A stretch of 64,000 nt of DNA, from positions 3,665,021-3,729,020 of the forward strand of contig CM119269.1 of NCBI GenBank assembly GCA_051294375.1. Direction: 5' to 3'. Below are positions 63,401-64,000 of this stretch, piece by piece. Every line of letters begins with the position of its first letter. Position 1 is the stretch's first letter. Below the pieces are notes generated by a model. It was not told the origin of the DNA. It saw only the letters and a program-made list of their open reading frames with translations, and made no database searches. A program made the translations under genes and the position numbers. This stretch comes from Paraspadella gotoi. Taxonomy: Eukaryota; Animalia; Chaetognatha.

Positions 63401-64000
63401 GGCGAGGGTGGGTGAAAAGGGAGTGTATAAACGGAGGGCGATAGAGTGAGCGAATGGGGGTTCGAAGGTGTGATGCTGGTCCGTTAGGATCGGATACAGG
63501 GTTGCGGATGAAATTCCCGGCAAAAAGTGAAGGGAGTGAGACAGACCAGGATGGTTAAAATTTACTCGGGTCAGCATTGAAATCATGATCCCACAGCTAA
63601 ATAATGGCCCTCAAAGCCAACGTTGTAGGTTAAGAAACAAAATTAGTTAATGATTGAGTTCTTAGCGGTTTGATTTATTAGAATAATAGCTCGGAAACAG
63701 GTGGGCGCTACGAAAGGGGTGGGATGGGAAGGGTGTACAATGATGGTACGCAGGTAGGTGCTTTCGAAGGTGGTCGGTTGGCGATGGGCGACCGGGCGAA
63801 TCGGGAGGAGCTTTGAGATTACCGTCGCGGGCGGCGCGGATTTTGATTTAAAGTGGGCGATGTTTTGGCTTTGAAAAGAAAAGTCGAAATAGGTATATAT
63901 ATAATTGAGTTAAAAATATTACTTCCGTAATAGAAACAATATAGTAAAATTGTAAAATTTTATTGAAAATAAGATTAATTTTTTCTGAGCTTATTTTTTT

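Overview
Eukaryotic (bilaterian invertebrate-like) genomic DNA, rich in introns and (GA)n microsatellites, with several N gaps and error-rich patches. The left 25 kb holds a multi-exon Na+/Ca2+ exchanger gene (NCX/SLC8 family, minus strand, 4155-24501, about 963 aa) whose Calx-beta Ca2+ sites look degenerate. Nested antisense in its 5.7-kb intron is a 4-exon gene fusing two C2H2 zinc fingers to a thyroid-receptor-like nuclear receptor DNA-binding domain, with no visible ligand-binding domain. Another NCX intron carries a complete 654-bp miniature LTR retroelement (PBS, PPT, 4-bp TSD) with a tRNA-like cassette in each LTR. A candidate ~410-nt structured RNA lies just past the NCX 3' end. The right 39 kb is one odd-skipped-related (5 zinc finger) locus present as an intact copy, an inverted partial copy and an indel-riddled full copy. 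These sit in large direct and inverted duplications that are probably partly assembly or haplotype redundancy. One copy carries a 2.2-kb TIR element absent from another. All gene models were built by hand from splice signals and phase; no database search was run.
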